Shown here piece by piece: positions 25,501-38,109 of a stretch of 64,000 nt of DNA. The notes below the pieces were generated by a model. The model worked only from the letters and a program-made list of their open reading frames with translations, did no database searches and was not told where the DNA came from. Position numbers and translations under genes: made by a program. The number at the start of each line of letters is the position of its first letter. The stretch's first letter is position 1. The DNA comes from Dipteris shenzhenensis (Eukaryota). The stretch lies in NCBI GenBank assembly GCA_047967505.1, contig CM106538.1; one strand, written 5' to 3'.

Positions 25501-26199
25501 CACCGCTTGGCCCCAATGTGTATAGAATAGTTGAAGAGGTCCTCGACAAACTAGAAATAGGTGTTGATGCCATGATGATGTGGAGGGCATAGTCAAGGTA
25601 AGGAACACTGAGAAATATTACACTAGTGTTGAAGTCACTATCAAAGAAAATATGGATCCAAACTCGGTTTCTAATGATTTCAAGAGACCCTTGCTCTAAT
25701 ATATGGTGTGATAGGATTTAGCCCAGTGGTTTTGGGGAGTTAGTTGAAAGTATCTATTCACATCAAAAGGCTACTCTCATTCTTAATTTGTCTCTTATTG
25801 TCTTAGACAATCTCGGGAAGAATCTTCAACTTCAAGGAGTGGGTCTAAAGACAAAGACCTTAATGCTATTGCTCATACTTTGTTTATGAGTGGTATTCTA
25901 GATGGGAATTGAAACACTTTTTGGTGTTTTGGTTGGCATGATTATTTACTATCTAAGGCGCATGTGATGATGAACTCACCCATGACTAATAATAGAATTA
26001 CAGATGTTTAGCAAGCCTAGAGCACTACACTTGGTTTCAGCAATGGAGACAACTTCATGTATCCAATCAATTTTAAGTATTATGCAGAGGATACATCAAT
26101 CCATGAATCATCTGCGTATTGTGTCATCATTCATGAGGATTGAATTCAACCATCCATCCAAAGACTGTTATATTTGCAGGTTGCTTTAGTAACAGTTGT

Positions 26200-26691
26200 G
26201 GCTTTCCATTTTCCATAACCAGCCTCATACCTTTTTTTAAACTCCTATCTGAGATAGACATCAAAGTGCACAAAGCAATCATTCTGCATATCTGCCTTTC
26301 TCATTCATTTGGCCTAGAAATATAAGTCTTGGCTTATCCTCTTTTCTAAACCCATGTTGAGATAGACGGGGTATTTTGCAACTTCTTGCACATCTTGATG
26401 CAGCACATTGACAAGATAATCAAACTTGCACTTTAAATTATCATCACCAAGGGCAAGGATTCCCGACTGTATCTTTGCCATCTTCTCAAAATCATTTTCC
26501 AAGAGCCATTGGAGTTTAAGCCACTTATACCTGAACTGCAAGAGCTCACGATTGATGCTAAAACAATTGAGGAAGGCCCTCATACCACTCTTTTGGTGCA
26601 GTTCTAGGTCGAGCTTGCCCACAAATTCCACATTTGTAGTTAAATATCTATCTACAAAAGAACCAAAAAGCTGAGAAAACCCCAAGGTTAT
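26200..26691 (-). pseudogene. mTERF family pseudogene, C-terminal half
   Basis: ITLGFSQ...ILALGDDNLKCKFDYLVNVLHQDVQEVAKYPVYLNMGLEKRI, then a frameshifted PRL..LMSISD, typical of plant mTERF C-termini. Confidence 0.8.
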
Positions 26692-26930
26692 GGTGTGCTA
26701 TTTGCAATATTGCATGCCATTATGTAAACACCTGCTTCTACAATATGAGGGTTGCACAACCCTGGCCCTAGTAGTACCAATAGGCACCAATCCTAGTATA
26801 CAAGAAGCTAGCACTCGCATAAGTGCCAAGGCGCAATCCCATGCTTGTGAGGAGACAAGCGCCCCAACTATTGAGGGATCCCAATCCTCCATAGTATCCT
26901 TGAGCTCCCAATCTTGCTCCAGCAGTCCTA

Positions 26931-27197
26931 GTGCAACAACTCCAACTCAAAGAACTCGAGCTGCAATACAAGTATGAACCAAAATATCCCAAGTGCTACA
27001 TGGATGGGGCAAAAGGGTTCATCTCAGTGTATGCCAATCAAGTAAGACCAACCTCATATCAAGCACCCATCAAATGCTTCAAATGTGGAGAAAACTATTG
27101 GATTGCTGAGTGCCCACACAAAGGTTGGCCAAGTACTTTCCAACCTATCTGGAGAGATTGTGGAGTTGGGAATGCATTCATGCTTCATTTGTGCTAG
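26931..27197 (+). mobile_element. Degenerate retroelement gag remnant (zinc knuckle)
   Basis: CFKCGENYWIAECP, a decayed CCHC-type knuckle, in a broken ORF. Confidence 0.4.
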
Positions 27198-28189
27198 TGC
27201 AGATTGGAAAGGGGCTCTGAAGCGCCCCTATTTTCATCTCCTCTCCTACCTTGCCCCCCAAGGAATGTTAGAGAGAGACAAACAAGTGGCCACACCACCA
27301 ACTGAGCCAAGGACCAAGGAGCATCATTCCAAATAAGCCCCACCCACTAAGCAACCACCCAACTAGATGAGCCAATGATAAGGGAAAGGGGCCGACACAG
27401 CCTAAACATGCAAGCCACCCCATGGATGTAGGCCCCTTAGAGTGGCAGCAGCTAGTCACCAAAGTGTGGCCCATAGCACCATTTCCAATGGATGGCCGTT
27501 GCCCTACAAATTCCCAATGCCCCTCTTCTACAAACCAACATCACTACTTGCATGCATGGGGAGCTCAACAAATATTGTGATGCCTTTGCTCTCAAAATTC
27601 GACAAGTAATGAGCTTATTGTGCCATATTGTGGAGAATTTCATGTCGCAAGGAGTCATTGAGTTTAGGGCTCAATATTAAAAGAAGAAAGTGAGAGCCTA
27701 TGAAAGATATGTTTGTCGTACAAGGAGGACCAAAAGTAGTGGCTAGCTAAGGTAGCAAAGTCCATTGAGCAATAAGCAACAACCTTGCACAAAGATGATG
27801 AAGCAAAGAGAGAATCAATGGCCTTATGGTGGGAAGACCTAAAGAAGATTGTCAAACTAAGCACTAGAAGAATCAAGCAAAGGATGTAGAGGTGATTAAA
27901 GCAAGGTCAACAAACCCCCTTCAAAGAGAAATTAAGGTGGGTTGGGGGTGTGAGGGAATGAAAACAAAGGCTCTCTATAGTCCCTTTTCATAATTACTAG
28001 CATAGAGGGAAAAGGGGCTCCTCTATTTTCATGCCCCTCCTTCCTAACAAGTCATTGGGTGTGGGGTTGTGCAGTGGGGGTATGGGTATGGGTGTTGTAT
28101 GTTATGGAGGGTGGGTGTGTATGCGGTGTTTGGTGCTGTGAATAGGAAGGAGGGGGATCAAAAATGGGTGCTCTCGCATTCCCAATCAA

Positions 28190-28355
28190 ATGGTGGGGGT
28201 GAGGGAGGGTGATGAAAATAGGGGCTCTCTATTTTCATCACCCTCCCTTCTCTAGAGAGAAACCAAGGTGGGTGGGGGGAAGGGAGGGGGATCAAATTTG
28301 GGGCTATAGAGGGACCCTTTTTTATTTGTGCTACTTCAAATTGAAAAGGGGCTCC
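28190..28355. repeat. ~165-bp dispersed repeat with an internal perfect hairpin; second copy at 29692-29855
   Basis: gggagggtgatgaaaatag / ctattttcatcaccctccc followed by agagaaaccaaggtgggtgggg..gggctatagagggacccttttt in both copies. Confidence 0.8.
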
Positions 28356-30005
28356 GAAGAGACCCTTTCCAACACCTAATCCCCTCGCCCCCCCCTTCAT
28401 CTATAGTAGGACATATGAAAGAGGTGCTCTGAAGAGCTCCTATTTTTTTGCCCCTCCTTATTTTTGAAAGAGAAACAAATTTGATTAAGGGGGAGGAGGA
28501 GCATGAAAAATGGGAGCTCTCGTTTCCCCCATAAATAGATGTTTGGAAAAGGGGGGGGGGGGATGTGTATGCTAGGATGGGGAGGGAGGGGACAAAAATA
28601 GGGTCTCTTTAAAACTCATACTTTCATCCCCCTCCCCCTTTCTAGAGAGACACAAAGGGATGCGTCAATTTTATGAGCAAAAACCTATGAGCAGGTTTAT
28701 CCGAGCATGTTTTTCAATAGATTTGAAAAATTGTATTTATTTAGGAAACATGGTTTTTACACTTTTATTTTCACTAGAACTAGATCCCTTCATCATAAAA
28801 ACATACAGAATTGTCACTTATTCAATTTAACATAACATAAATTTTCTTTATAGAAATCCTTTGTACCCCTGTTATTACCTAAAAAAGTGTTGAAAATAAT
28901 TCCTTTAAGAAACATCCCTCATAATCACTCTCAATGTAATAATACTATGCAATATAATTACTTATTAAACACATTTATGTAAACATGACAAGATCTTTCT
29001 AGTATTTTAATAGCATAAATAACAAGATATTTATGGATATCTTTTTGAAGAAGTTTAAATTACAATAAATAAGTATTAACTTGGGCTTATATATCACTCT
29101 CATAAAATATATGTAATATTTAATCCTATATATGTAAGATTTTTCAAAATATAACTCCACAGATGTGTTCAAATGGTATTTTATGATCAATTTGAGTGGT
29201 TGAATGACTATATTTGGACAATGGATGTGAAAGTATGCCACTTTTAAAAGTGCTTTCCATGGTAGTTTCACCAGCGAAACTACCTTGGAAGACCTACTTC
29301 AAAGGGGTTTCGCCTGGCAAAACTACCCTGATGGCTTACTTCAATGAGGTTTCTTTGGATAAACCCTTTAGGTTGAGAGAGGGTTTTCAATGTCACCCCC
29401 TATTAAACTTTGTAAGATTGATCATAAGGGAATTTTCATAGAGAAGTCTACTCTAAATGTGGGTTTCTTCAAAAGCCATCCCATTATGTAACTCACCATT
29501 CCCAAAGATTCATGTAAAGATTTGTAGATAAAATAGGCATTGCTATAATACGTTGTATATTTCTAAGCGAAACTATAATTTGTTCCAATCTATTTTTGCC
29601 ACATTTTTACATAGTTGGAAGCTTTTTTTTTCCTTCACTCGGATGCTCGGAAGATTTTGCTCAGAAAATGCTCATCCCCGACATAAAGGTCGGTGGGGAT
29701 GAGGGAGGGTAATGAAAATAGACGATCTCTATTGTCATCACCCTCCCTCCCTCTGGAGAGAAACCAAGGTGGGTGGGGAGAAGGGAGGGGGATTAAATTT
29801 TGGGCTATAGAGGGACCCTTTTTCATTTGTGCTACTGTAGATTGAAAAGGGTCTCTGGTTCATGGTAAGGAGCTCAAGAAAGCAAACCAAGTTCGCGGTG
29901 TCTTGGTAAGAGGATCAGTGTTGCTTTCCTTTATCAAGTTTGGGAGCAAATCTCTATAGGTAGCATAGCTGAAAAGTGCAAGAGTGCACTGTCTCAGAGT
30001 GGGAC

Positions 30006-33000
30006 TGTTAGATATCAATGCTCCACTCTCGTGTAACTATGCGGGAACCAGCTAACTCTACTTGTAAGCCCCCCATATGAGGAGAAGGCATTTGAGTAGC
30101 TAGGTTATCCGGTAGGTCCTGGTTTGGACACCAGATGGGGGCCATGTGTGGCCTGATGGCTGGACGGCTTCAGATAGAGTTGGCACATTGCCGACTAGGC
30201 TACATGCAAGTGCGGGAAGGCATCCCATGATTGACCGCATTGAGGGTAGATGGAGCATTTCTCGGGGCAGCCCACTCTCAAGTTGCAAGGCCCTTTTGGA
30301 GCCCTAGATGATCCCGGATGGGGGCCATAGGTTAGTTACTCTATTCTACACCACGGTTCTATCGTGTGGTTAGTGGCCTATTTGCCGACCTCTAGTCGGC
30401 CGTTTTGGGTGGACCGGGTCGGTCTCCCAATTGGGTCTCACCGACTATGACTGGTGGATATACAAGAGCAAGCCTGTGAAGCCCATAATCATCACTAGCT
30501 ATAGCAACCTTGATTCCTTAGCATCTAGCCTCCATCCTCTACTCTTTCCATCATGCCATCGAAGCTTCTCACACAGGAGCGCACGGCTGGGAGGTAGCGC
30601 CATCTATTGTATCAGTTTTACAGTAATCATATTTTTGATTCTCCATACTATCTACTTTTCTCTCTTGCATAGGAGATCCTGTTATCTGTTGAGCATAGAC
30701 GTTGTATTGTTTTCTTACATGTTATTAGAGCTTGGGCTCTAGCAAGAAGATTTGGTAGTGTGTTTCTATTTACATGCAGATTGTGAGAGATGGCCCAGCC
30801 CACAAGACTGCTGAGAATCCCACCGTTCAGCGAAAGCAGAAAGTTGGACAGCACTAACTATCCACTCTGGAAGTTCAAGATGAAGACCATCCTAAGCGCA
30901 TAGAGCTTTGGGATACTGCTACTGGGGTGGACGTGAAGCCGGTTGCGAGACCAAATCCAGCCAATGTAGGACAACAGATAGTACCAACTGTGGATGAGAT
31001 TCTCGGGTGGACAAGAAGAAATGCAGATGCACTGTGTTCTATTATCTACAGCGTAAGTGATTCTGTCATGGTGTTAATTCAACATGTCACCACAACGGAG
31101 GCGGCATGGATGGTCTTGAAAAATCAGTATGAGACCACGAATCAGACGCGGATTCAAAATCTGGAGATTCAACTCATGAACGAGAAACTATCTAAGTCTG
31201 AAATGGCAGAGAAGTTCATCACCAGGGTGAAGAATCTGCGTGATCAGACGACTGCGATTGGCATCACCATCACCAACGAGAATCTAGCACGAAGGTGCAT
31301 ACGGATTCTCCCACCAAAGTACGATGGTCTTGTTATGGCGTGAATACACAAAACAAAAATATGCCCTCAACTTTGAGGATTTCAATGCGGTGCTTCTGGA
31401 GGAAGAGATGCATCAAAAGATGAGGACTAGAGAAGATTCGGCTTTCTCGACTGGATCAAAGAAAGGTAAGGGTAAGGACTCTGGTAACCCATCTTCTTCT
31501 GATGATAAAAAGAGAAAGAAGAAGATCAAGTGCTCTACTGCAACAAGGCAGGGCACAAGTAGAATGAGTGCCGAAAGAAGATTGCATATGAGAAGAACAG
31601 TGTAAAGAAAGAGTCTAGCAACAGCACGTAGGTAGTACTAGTAGAGCTGTTCGTAGCAATTGAGGAGATTTGCATGGAGGTAGTTCATGTACTTGCAGAT
31701 GAACCTTGGATTATTGACAGTGGTGCATCGCGCCACATGACCAGTCGGAAGGATTGGTATACCTCTCTACATCCGGTAGGGAATGACATCCTAGTAGCAG
31801 TCGGCAATGATGCAAAATGTCTAGCAAAAGAAAAAGGTACTATTGCTCTCAAGTCAAATGAAGTTGTAAAACAATTGTTCGATGTTCTTTATGTGCCAGA
31901 TATCAAGAGGAAATTCTTGCTTGTTTCTGCGATCATGGATCAGGACCTCAAAGTTCAATTCGATAAGAATGGCACACAGATTTTGGATCTTCAAGGGAAG
32001 GTCATTGGTAAAGGTACACGGCACAACAACATCTATGAACTCTCAACTTTCAGTGCTCGAGCCGATGTGAGCAACACTAAGTTGTGGCATGAGAGGTTTG
32101 GTCATCCAAACCTTAGTTCTTTAAAGGAGATGTATAAAAGTGGAATGATTGCAGACCTACCAAAAATTATAGATCTGCCCGATGTATGTGAAGCTTGCAT
32201 GATGGGCAAGCAGCATCGGTAGCCCTTTCCTAAAGAGGCCAGTAGGGCAAAGGCTCCTCTAGAGCTCGTTCACATGGACCTCTACAGAAAGATGGAGACC
32301 GAAGCTTTGGGTGGTTCCTACTACTTCATGACGCTGATCGATGACTACAGTAGAAGGATATGGATATACTTCCTCAAGACTAAAGATGAGGCTTTTAGTA
32401 AGTTCAAAGAATGGCATGTAATTGTTGAGAAAGAAATGGGGAGGAAGGCGAAGAAGTTAAGATCAGACAGAGGTGGAGAGTTCATATCTAGTGAATTTGA
32501 AAGTGATCAAGAGGCAGACATACACCACAGCAAAATGGAGTAGCAAAGCGCAAGATTCACGTCATCTGTGAAATGGGCAAGAGTATGATGAAAGGGAAAG
32601 ATTTGCCAAAGACTTTTTGGGATGAAGCATGTAACACAACAGTTTACATTCTGAATCATAGCTACACGAAAGCTGTGAATGGGATGACTCCATTGCAGGC
32701 CTTTTCTGGTAAGAAACCTTCAGCTGCACATTTCAAAGTTTTTGGATGTGACTGTTTTGTGCATGTCCCTGATGCTAACAGGACCAAATGGGAACCGAAG
32801 AGCCAAAAGTGTATTTTCTTAGGCTACAATGAAGAGGCAAAGGGTTACCATCTCTATAATCCTGTTACCAAGAAGGTAATAGTAAGTCACGATGTGGTCT
32901 TCTCAGAACGACCACATCAATTGGAGGAGGGTGCTTCCTTCCCAGACAACCAGGACCAGGATATCCATCCAATACAACCACCAATAGTAGACCGAATTCC

Positions 33001-35542
33001 CCCAATAGTGCTTGGGAGGATTCAAGATAAAGAAGAGGAAGAAGAGCCTATAGAACCACAATGGAAATGGCCATTCCCCAAGTGGGTAAAGTAGCTTTTG
33101 GATGGCAGAGGACCTCTAGCCATTGAGGAGGAACCATCGGAACACCACCGGTCCAAGAGATTAGAGGAGCAAAGGAGGGCACAGGAACACTTAGTCAACT
33201 ACGCTTTGATGACAAAGGTGATCCGTGCTGAAGAACCCAAGTGTCTTGAAGAGGCACAAGGTGATGATAGGTGGATGGAGGCTATGCAATCGGAGTATGG
33301 CTCCATAATGAAGAACAACACTTGGGACCTTGTGGGTCGACCACCAAAACATAAGGTAATCGGCACCAAGTGGGTGTACAAGACCAAGTACAAGTCTGAT
33401 GACATGTTGGATAAGTACAAGGCTCAGCTTGTGGCAAAAGGATTCGCACAGGTACATGGTTTTGATTATCAGGATACATTTGCTCCCACATCTCTCGACT
33501 AGCCACAATTTGTAGTGTTTTGGCTTTAGCAGCACAGGAAAGTTGGCTCGTGTTTTAGATGGATGTAAAATCCACTATTCTGAATGGAGATCTCAAGGAG
33601 GAGGTATACGTGGAACAACCACTAGGTTTTGTGATCCCCGGTTCAAAAGGTAAAGTCTATGATCCCCGGTTCAAAAGGTAAAGTCTATAAATTGATGAAG
33701 GCACTTTACAGGCTGAAACAGGCCCCACGAGTGTGGTACCAGTGGATTGATGCCTACTTTCTACAAAATGGGTTCAGGAGGATCCCATCTGATGCAAATT
33801 TGTATATCTACAGAGAAGGAGGCAGGTGTATGATCGTGGTCCTTTACGTGGACGACCTTGTCATAACAAGGAACCATGAAGAAAAGATCTCGCAGACAAA
33901 GCATTTGCTAGGAAGAGAGTTTGAAATGACAGACCTCGGACTGATGCATTTCTATTTGGGGATTGAAGTTTGGCAAAAGCCAAAACAGATCATCTCACAG
34001 CTAAAGTATGCTGGAGAAGTACTAAAGGCATTTGGCATGGCTGAGTGCAAGACAGTTGGCACCCCTCTGGAGGTTGACGTGAAGCTCTCAAATAAGGATT
34101 CATCACCACTGGTGGACAAAGCGATGTATAGAAGTCTTGTGGGTAGTTTGATTTACTTGTGCAACACATGGCCGGACATCAGTTTTGTGACTGGTGTACT
34201 AAGCAGGTTTTCCAATAAGCCTCGGGAGAACCATTGGAGGGCAGGGATGTGGGTGTTGAAATACATCAAAGGCACACTTGATTATGGCATCACCTATACC
34301 AAGGGCGACATCTTGATCGGATTTTGTGACTCGGATTGGGCAGGAGACGTGGACAGCAGGAGATCAGTGACAGGTTACTGTTTCACTTGGATCTGGAGCT
34401 ATGTCATGGGTCAGCAAGAAGCAACCCACAATTGCTCTTTCTTCTCTTGAGGCTAAGTACAAATCAGCATGTTTTGCTTCTTGTGAGGCAGTGTGGTTGA
34501 GGAGGATTTTAGGGGACATGAGTGCAGTGTAGAACAAGCCTGCACAGTTATCATGTGACAATCAGAGTTGCATGGCAATTGCAAAGAACCCTATGTTCCA
34601 CGCTCGCACAAAACACATTGAGATTCAATATCACTTTGTATGCGAGCTCATCATGGATGGAGAGGTCGACTTGGTGTACTGTCTGACTACAGAGAATGCT
34701 GTGGACATCTTCACAAAGGCTCTTGGAAGAGACTTGCTGGAGAGGCATCTTCATCAACTTGGCATTGGGCCGAAAAAGTAAGTTCACTTGCAGGTGGACA
34801 TTGAGGGGGGGTGTTAGATATCAATGCTCCACTCTCGTGTAACTACGTGGTAACCAATTAACTCTACTTGTAAGCCTCCCATATGAGGAGAAGGCATTTG
34901 AGTAGCTAGGTTATCTAGTAGGTCCTAGTTTGGACACCAGATGGGGGCCATGTGTGGCCTGATGGCTGGACGGCTTTAGATAGAGTTGGCACACTGCCAA
35001 CTAGGCTACATGCAAGTGCAGGAAGGCATCCCATGATTGACCGCACTGAGGGTAGATAGAGCATTTCTCGAGGTAGCCCACTCTCAGGTTGTGGGGCCCT
35101 TTTGGATCCCTAGATGATCCCGGATGGCTCTGGGCCGAATGGGGACTGTAGGTTAGTTGCTCTATTGTGCACCATGGTTCTATCATGTGGTCGGTGGCCT
35201 ATTTCGGGCGACCTCTAGTCGACCATTTTGGGCAGACTGGGTCGGTCTCGTAATTGCATCTAGCCTACTATGACTGGTGGCTATACAAGAGCAAGCTTGT
35301 GAAGCCCATAATCATCACTGGCTATAGCAACCCTGATTCCTTAGCATCTAGCCTCTGTCCTCTACTATTTCCAGCATGCCATCAAAGCTTCTCACACAGG
35401 AGCGCATGGCTAGGAGGCAGTGCCATCTATTGTATCAATTTTATAGTAACCAAAAATTTGATTCTTCATAATATCTACTTTTCTCTCTTGCATAAGAGAT
35501 CCTATTATCTATTGAGCAGAGACCTTGTATTGTTTTCTTACG
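30006..35542 (+). mobile_element. Full-length defective Ty1/Copia family B element. LTRs 30006-30719 and 34812-35542; TSD GGGAC/GGGAT
   Basis: TGTTAG...TTACA/CG LTRs, degenerate PBS tgttattagagc, PPT gaggggggg, gag-PR(IIDSGAS)-INT-RT(LYVDDL)-RH order; host sequence resumes on both sides. Confidence 0.95.
30790..34781 (+). pseudogene. Family B gag-pol polyprotein, disrupted
   Basis: ORF fragments 30927-31343, 31674-32222, 32274-33094, 33098-33502, 33659-34450, 34572-34781; TAG stops and a 28-bp duplication near 33632-33687. Confidence 0.92.
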
Positions 35543-38109
35543 GGGATGGCCTTTGCGGTGTGGCTAGAGGGTGACATTATTTTTTTGATTTGAGGCCATT
35601 TCGGGGCCCCTTTTTGTGGCAAAAGTTTTCGGCAGGCACTCAGAAAATGCCCTGTTTTTGCTGTGCGACCATTGTTTCATAGGTTGGTGAAAAGTAACCA
35701 TAGAAATTGCATCGTATGCCTATGCCATACTTTGACAAAAATGTACAACACAAATATGCAAGCCAGGAAAATGCAGCTCAAGCAGGAGTTGCATAATGTG
35801 CAGAGAGAAAATATGAGCATCAAGGACTACCACATGAAGGTGAAGAAGATTGTAGATGCACTTGCTTCCATTGGGTCACCAGTCGAAGATGATGATTTAG
35901 TTTCTGTGACCTTGAATGGTCTAGGAAAGGATTATGCAAAATTCCAAACATCCATTGCTGTCTATGAAAAATTTCCTGATTTTGAGGAGTTGACTGCTTT
36001 TCTAATTTTTGAAGAGCAGAGAAATGGTGGTGCATCTTCTTCAGGAGGAACTTCAAAACAAAACTATTTTCTACTCAAATGCTAGAAGAGTAGAGGCAGA
36101 GGTAGAGTAGAATATGCAGCAAATTCAAGAAAACCAGTCCTATGGAGGAGGACGTGGTGACTTTAGGGACAGGGGGAGCCAAAGAGGTCGTGGTGGATGG
36201 CAGAGAAGCCAAAATGCAAATAGCAATGTTGAATGCTACTACTGTGGTAAAATGGGTCATATGGCTAAAGACTACTACAAAAAGCAGAATGACATCATGA
36301 ATGGAAAATTGTAGCAAGGCAATTATGCATCCTCTAGTAGACAGGGTGATGAGAGAAATGAGCATTTGTTTATGGTGCAGCACATGACCAATTCTGTGAC
36401 AAGTGCAGAAGAAAGCAATAATGTGTGGTATGTTGACTCAGGTGCGTCGATCCACATGACAGGTCATGCAGAATGGATGCACGATCCAAGGAAAATGGAA
36501 AGACTAGGATTTGTGTATACTAGTGATGATATTGCACATCCTATTGTGCAGATTGGTAAAATTCCTTTGAATTACCATTTTGTGCATGTACATCATCAAT
36601 CACATTTATTGGTTTATACCAGCTGCTCATCTCATCAAAATCAACATCTCTGCTCACTGTAAACTTACAAGTAGAAGGGTTATAGCATCTATACCCTTTC
36701 TCCTGCAAAGAATAACCAATAAAGATGCACTTCTCAGCTTTTGGATCCAACTTGGATCTCAATTCATCTGGCACATGAACATAGCCAATGCAACCAAAAA
36801 CTTTCAAATGAGAAATATCTGGTTTCCTACCAGTATACCTCTCCTTTGGTGTCATACCATGTATTGTTGCCATGGGAGTCCTGGTCATTATGTAGACTGC
36901 TGTAGCAACTGCTTTAGCCCAATAATAATCTGGCAGGTCTTTTTTGTTGAGCATGGAACGAGATACCTCTCCAATATGCCTGTTTTTACTTTCTGCAAGT
37001 CCATTTTGCTATGGGGTATGACTGCATGAATATTGATGCTTTATGCCATGCTCTTGCAGGAACCTTGCAAACTCATTTGAGAGGTACTCTCCCCCTCCAT
37101 TTAACCTTAGGCATTTTATGTTAGATATCAATGCTCCACTCTCGTGTAACTACGCGGGAACCAGCTAACTCTACTTGTAAGCCCCCCATATGAGGAGAAG
37201 GCATTTGAGTAGCTCGGTTATCTGGTAGGTCCTGTTTTGGACACCAGATGGGGGCCATGTGTGGCCTGATGGCCGGATGGCTTCAGATAGAGTTGGCACA
37301 CCGCCAACTAGGCTACATGCAAGTGCGGGAAGGCATCCCTGGACTGACCGCACTGAGGGTAGATGGAGCATTTCCCAAGGCAGCCCACTCTCAGGTTGCA
37401 GGGCCCGTTTGTTTGGAGCCTCAGATGATCCCGGATGACTCTAGGCCGAACGGACTCCGTAGGTCAGTTGCTCTTTTTTGCGTACCGGTTCTATCGTGTG
37501 GTCGGTGGCCTATTTTGGGACCGACCATTTTGGGTGGACTAGGTCGGCCACCCAATTGAGCCTAACTGACTATGACTAGTGGCTATATAAGAGCAAGCTC
37601 GTGAAGCCCATTTCATCACTGGCTACAGCAACCTTGATTCCTTAGCATCCAGCCTCCATCCTCTACTATTTCCAGCTCGCCATCGAAGCTTCTTTCACAT
37701 GAGTGCACGGTTCGGAGGCAACGCCATCTATTGTATCAGTTCTACAGTAATCAAATTTTTGATTCTCCATACTATCTAGTTTTCTCTCTTACGTAGAGAT
37801 CCTGTTATCTATTGAGCACAGATGTTGTATTATTTTCTTACATGGTATCAGAGCCTAGACTCTAGCAAGAAGATTTGGTAGTGTGTTTCTATTTGCGAGC
37901 AGATTGTGAGAGATGGCCCAGCCCGCAAGACTGCGAATCCCACTGTTCGGCAAAAGCAAAAAGTTGGACGGCTCTAACTATCCACTTTGGAAGTTCAAGA
38001 TGAAGATCATCCTAAGCGCATACGAGCTTCGGGACACTACTATTGGGGTGGATGTGAGGCCGATTGCGAGACTGGATCTAGCCAATGCAGGACAATAGAT
38101 AGTACCAAC

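Noticed and set aside
24500-25600. Possible minus-strand gag remnant (CWE.GDKGH near 25050)
   Set aside because: A single frameshifted knuckle-like motif is too weak to call
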